Assembly: GCA_023645945.1 (NCBI GenBank)
Contig: JALAIB010000060.1
Location: 1-37,653, forward strand
Direction: 5' to 3'
Length of the DNA stretch: 37,653 nt
Source: Diploschistes diacapsis
Lineage: Eukaryota
How positions within the stretch are numbered: position 1 is the stretch's first letter; each line of letters starts with the position of its first letter. Shown here piece by piece: positions 33,401 to 37,653 of the stretch. The position numbers were made by a program, and so were the translations under genes. The notes beneath the pieces were generated by a model. It searched no databases. It was not told the DNA's origin and was given only the letters and a program-made list of their open reading frames with translations.

Positions 33401-36323
33401 AGAAGCTCACAAAGCAAAAGCAGAACGCGACATGCGATGTCGTGCCGCAGCAGCTGGCGCTCTTGTAGCCTTGGGAGATATTCCAAAGAAGCCCGGGAAA
33501 GTCATCAAGGGGCTTATGGACAGCGTGAAGAGCGAAGAGAATTCTGACCTGCAAAGGAGATCGGCTTCGTCTGTGTCGTTATTGCTAGCATATTACGCCA
33601 GTGGTCAAGCATCTTCTCGAGGACCGGCGGACAAAATCATTGCTAATTTAACGAAATTCTACTGTGTCGATACCTCGGATACGCCAGAGTTCCTACCAAA
33701 TGCGGAGTTCCTTGATGCCGTCCTTTCTTTACGCAAGGAAGAAGATCGCAAAGATCACGCTGACGCCGCCAGGTACGAAACGGAAGCCAAAGCAGCCCGT
33801 ATAACACGCAGAGGGGCCAGGGAAGCACTGGATCGACTCTCTGCCCAGTTCGGTGCGGAGCTCTTTGAACATGCCCCCGTTCTCAAGACCATGGTCCAGC
33901 AACCCTTGCAAGACGTCTTTGGGGCCGAGGCCGAAGATGTTGAAGTTCAAGATCCCAGTCTTGGTCAGGATGTTGTCGACGCCCTATCGATTCTGCGCGT
34001 TCTAGTCCCAGCTCTGCACCGTGATCTGCATTCTTTCGTGGACCGGCTGATACCCCTGATTCTGAAGGCGCTAAAGTGCAAGTTTTCGGTCTTCCGATAC
34101 GCTGCAGCAAAATGCTTTGCTACAATCTGCAGCGTCTGGACCGTAAAAGGTATGACGACCTTGGTGGAAAAGGTGTTGCCCTCGATCGCGAACGCGAGCT
34201 TTCTACAGTACCGCCAAGGAGCTACCGAGACCGTCTACCACCTTATTCATATCATGGAAGACGGCATCTTACCGTACGTCGTGTTCCTCATAGTCCCTAT
34301 CCTTGGACGGATGAGCGATTCGAACAGCGATGTGCGGCTGATTGCTACAACGACGTTTGCCACCCTAGTCAAGCTGGTACCGCTCGAAGCTGGCATACCG
34401 GACCCGCCAGGATTCTCGGCAGAGTTGCTCAAGGGTCGTGATAAAGAGCGCAAGTTTGTAGCACAGATGCTGGACCCCAAAAAGACAGAGCCTTTCGAGC
34501 TACCCGTGGCCATCAAGGCTACTCTTCGATCATACCAGCAAGATGGCGTCAACTGGCTGTGGTTCCTCAATAAATTCAATCTCCACGGTGTCCTGTGCGA
34601 TGACATGGGTCTCGGTAAGACTTTGCAGACCATTTGTATCGTTGCAAGCGATCACCACCTACGTGCCGAGGAGTTCGCCAAGACTCAAGCTACAGAAGTT
34701 CGCCGGTTGCCTTCACTCATAGTGTGTCCGCCGACTTTGTCTGGGCATTGGCAGCAAGAGCTTCAGCAGTTTGCGCCTTTTCTTACTTCTGTCGCCTACG
34801 TGGGCCCCCCCAGTGATAGGCAGAAGCTTAGGTCCCGTTTGACGGATTGTGACATTGTCATCACTTCTTACGATGTGTGCAGAAACGATGTTGAGCTGTT
34901 TGCACCTCTCAATTGGAACTATTGCGTTCTGGACGAGGGCCACCTGATCAAGAACCCTCTAGCCAAGACTACGTTGGCTGTCAAGCGGCTCAACAGCAAT
35001 CATCGGCTCATCCTCTCAGGAACCCCAATTCAAAATAATGTTCTGGAGCTCTGGTCGCTCTTCGACTTTCTCATGCCCGGCTTCCTAGGCTCGGAGAAGG
35101 TCTTCCGCGATCGCTTTGCGAAGCCAATCGCCGCCAGTCGCAATGCCAAATCATCCTCCAAAGAACAAGAAAGAGGGGCCCTTGCCATCGAAAGCCTGCA
35201 TAAGCAAGTCCTTCCCTTTCTCCTCCGGCGTCTCAAAGAAGAAGTCTTGGAAGACCTTCCTCCGAAAATTGTTCAAAACTACTACTGCGACCTTAGCGAG
35301 CTCCAGCGCAAGCTGTTTGACGACTTTTCCAAGAAAGAGCGCAAGCAGCTCGAGAACAACGCCGGCAGCCAGGAGAAAGAAGCCAAACAGCACATCTTTC
35401 AGGCCCTGCAGTACATGCGCAAGTTGTGCAACTCTCCATCCCTTGTCGTCAAGGAAGGGTACAAGCAGGCCGACGAGGTCAATAGCTGGCTCAGCCGGAA
35501 GGGATCCAACCTCCGTGACATCGCCCACGCGCCCAAACTCTCTGCCCTACGCGATTTGTTACTGGACTGCGGAATTGGCAGCCCCCCTCCCGCAGAAGGC
35601 GAGCTCGGCGCCGATGCCTCCAACTTTGTTTCGCCCCACCGCGCCCTCATCTTCTGCCAGATGAAAGAGATGCTCGACATCGTACAGAACGACGTCCTCA
35701 GGAAACTCTTGCCTTCCGTCCAATACCTCCGTCTAGACGGCGGCGTCGAGGCCAACAAACGGCAGAACATCGTGAACCAGTTCAATACTGATCCCTCGTA
35801 CGACGTGCTCCTGTTAACGACCAGCGTCGGCGGCCTCGGCCTGAACCTGACGGGCGCGGATACCGTGATCTTCGTCGAGCACGACTGGAACCCGCAGCGC
35901 GACATGCAGGCCATGGACCGCGCGCACCGCATAGGGCAGAAGAAGGTGGTCAACGTATACCGGCTGATCACACGCGGCACGCTCGAGGAAAAGATATTGA
36001 ACCTGCAGCGCTTCAAGATCGACGTCGCGTCCACCGTGGTGAACCAGCAGAACGCGGGCCTTGGCACCATGGACACGGACCAAATTCTGGATCTGTTTAG
36101 TCTGGACGAGAGTGCGCCGGGCGAGGCGGGCGGTGGCGGTGGTGCTGCGGGAACGGCGTTCGGAGGGAGGGGAGGGGAGGACGAGGCGGTGGATGCGATG
36201 GGAGATGTGAGGGAGAAGGGAAAGAAGGGGTTTTTGGATGATTTGGGGGAGCTGTGGGATGAGAGCCAATATAAGGAGGAGTATAACTTGGACAGCTTCT
36301 TGGCGAGCATGGGGAAGGGGTAG
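30420..36323 (+). CDS. MOT1: TBP-associated factor Mot1 (BTAF1) Snf2 ATPase; exons 30420-30430, 30503-30520, 30584-36323
   Basis: Spliced N-terminus MTSR|LDRLVT|LLETGSTNLIRNTAAQQLA; HEAT region (WEIRHGAAMGLRE, DRFGDYISDNVVAPIRET); SNF2 motifs LCDDMGLGKTLQ, VLDEGH, LSGTPIQNN, LNLTGADTVIF and QAMDRAHRIGQ. Introns 30431-30502 and 30521-30583. Confidence 0.97.
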
Positions 36324-36742
36324 GTGGCGTTGGCGGGAGTTCGTTTTAGGGGAAAAGGGGGTCAAAGGAGTAAGGAGGGAGGGAAGGAAAAAGAGGGCGG
36401 ATTTGGAAGTTCTGCGTGCATGCGAGCATAGCGATGGCGCTTTTGTGGCTGATTGGTTGGTCACGGATTTCTGGAATCACTTACTTAGCTTGCAACGGTG
36501 CAGCGATACAGTGGTCCTCTTCGCTCATACTCATAGGTACCCTGCTAGTTAAAACTATAGGTAGCGGAACAGTGTGGTGGGACGGTCCTGCCTTTTGCCG
36601 TCTGCGAGGCGCAGTTCACGCCCGCCCGCGGGATGGCGAGGCAGTAACTGCCATTGTACATTCGAGAAGCAACATTTCACGACATCATATCCGATTCAAA
36701 CCCTCTCAAGTCTCCCCACCATGACTTCTTCCTCCTCGAGCC

Positions 36743-37653
36743 CTAGTTCTGCCTGGGCTTAACAATCCCCTCGTGCAACACATAATACACCACCGTGCTG
36801 TCGTCCCCAACCGTCGCGAGTAGCACCCGTTTCGCTCGGTCGCGGCCTTTCCAGTCCTTTTTTCCTGCCCCACTTTTCATCTCCTGCCCCCCCTGCTTCT
36901 CCTCCTCTCCGCCCTTCCCTTTTCCCTCCTTCACTTCCTTTCCTCCCTCCTTGCCCATGCTCTCCCCACCCTCGGTTCCGCAGTCCTCCCCTGCATTATC
37001 GCCCAGTCCATCATCTACTTCTGCTGCAGCTCGTCCATGATCCGAACCTCGACCTCGACCCTGACCCTGAGGTCCAGAATGGGATTCGGGCAAAGGCATA
37101 GGAGGCGGCAGCGCGGGAATCGCGTCGAATACCTCTGCCATCTGGCGCAGGGTCCATTTCTCGGCTAGGTGGGTGGGGAGCACCCATTCGCGCTCGGGCG
37201 CGTTGTAGGCGGTTATCAGCTGGGTGGATGTGGGCTCGTTTTCGTTTTCAAGGGGAGGGGCGAAGAGGGAGCTGGGGATGAAGCCGAGGCTCAAGGGGGA
37301 AAGGGTTGCAGTTCTGGGTGGGGTGATGGAGGGGGGTGGTAATGTAGATGTGGATGTGGCTTTGGGTGTAGACGCAGGTGCGGTGGTAGATAATGGAGGA
37401 GTAGAGGAGGGAGTAGTAGACGTCGCATCTCTGGCTTGACCTTGGCTTTGGCCCTGGCCCTGGCCTTGATCCTGAGCTCGCAAGTTCCATGACGCAACCT
37501 CGCCACCATGCTCCCGCCCCTCTGCTTCAATTCCATCGTCCCGAGGCCCCTCATCCCCGTCTTCGTCCCCAGCTGTCAGCGACGCCGAACCTCGCTCGGC
37601 CACAACGCCCGCTTTCCCCTTCTCTCCACCCTTTCCCCGCTTCCCCCCTCTCT
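36743..37653 (-). CDS. SEN15: tRNA-splicing endonuclease subunit Sen15 (fungal type), 5'-partial, with long low-complexity insertions
   Basis: PEREWVLPTHLAEKWTLRQMAEVFDAI and the C-terminal KRVLLATVGDDSTVVYYVLHEGIVKPRQN*. The frame stays open to the window edge. Confidence 0.88.
   Translation of the reverse strand, partial: RGGKRGKGGEKGKAGVVAERGSASLTAGDEDGDEGPRDDGIEAEGREHGGEVASWNLRAQDQGQGQGQSQGQARDATSTTPSSTPPLSTTAPASTPKATSTSTLPPPSITPPRTATLSPLSLGFIPSSLFAPPLENENEPTSTQLITAYNAPEREWVLPTHLAEKWTLRQMAEVFDAIPALPPPMPLPESHSGPQGQGRGRGSDHGRAAAEVDDGLGDNAGEDCGTEGGESMGKEGGKEVKEGKGKGGEEEKQGGQEMKSGAGKKDWKGRDRAKRVLLATVGDDSTVVYYVLHEGIVKPRQN

Noticed and set aside
35116..36464. Long antisense and alternate-frame ORFs (182-303 aa) over the MOT1 3' end
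   Set aside because: Shadow ORFs caused by high GC3 codon bias.

Overview
Eukaryotic DNA from a filamentous ascomycete (Pezizomycotina): short GT-AG introns with CTRAC branch points and fungal housekeeping genes. Conserved genes: the 3' end of an AMP-dependent acyl-CoA synthetase (1-718, +), GRR1 (4967-6903, +), an ARK1/PRK1-family kinase (25940-29027, -), MOT1 (30420-36323, +) and a partial SEN15 (36743-end, -). Two accessory blocks lie between them. (1) At about 0.9-4.2 kb is a convergent pair of lineage-specific ORFs. The + ORF has a HEPN-like RNxxxH motif and is followed, about 30 nt after its stop, by a sequence folding as an HDV/CPEB3-like self-cleaving ribozyme with a loop-E motif in P4 (2397-2473). 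This is the most interesting signal in the window. The - ORF has an F-box-like motif and sits head-to-head with GRR1. (2) At about 7.7-24.9 kb is a roughly 17-kb block of heavily decayed genes, all recognisable relics on the minus strand: NLR-like fragments (ankyrin; PNP_UDP_1-NACHT; NACHT-WHD-ankyrin), two still-open paralogous fragments of an unknown family sharing a perfect 67-bp tract, and weak gag-like, DUF3505-like and E/H/K-repeat relics. Relic calls come from manual frame-hopping translation and need HMM confirmation.
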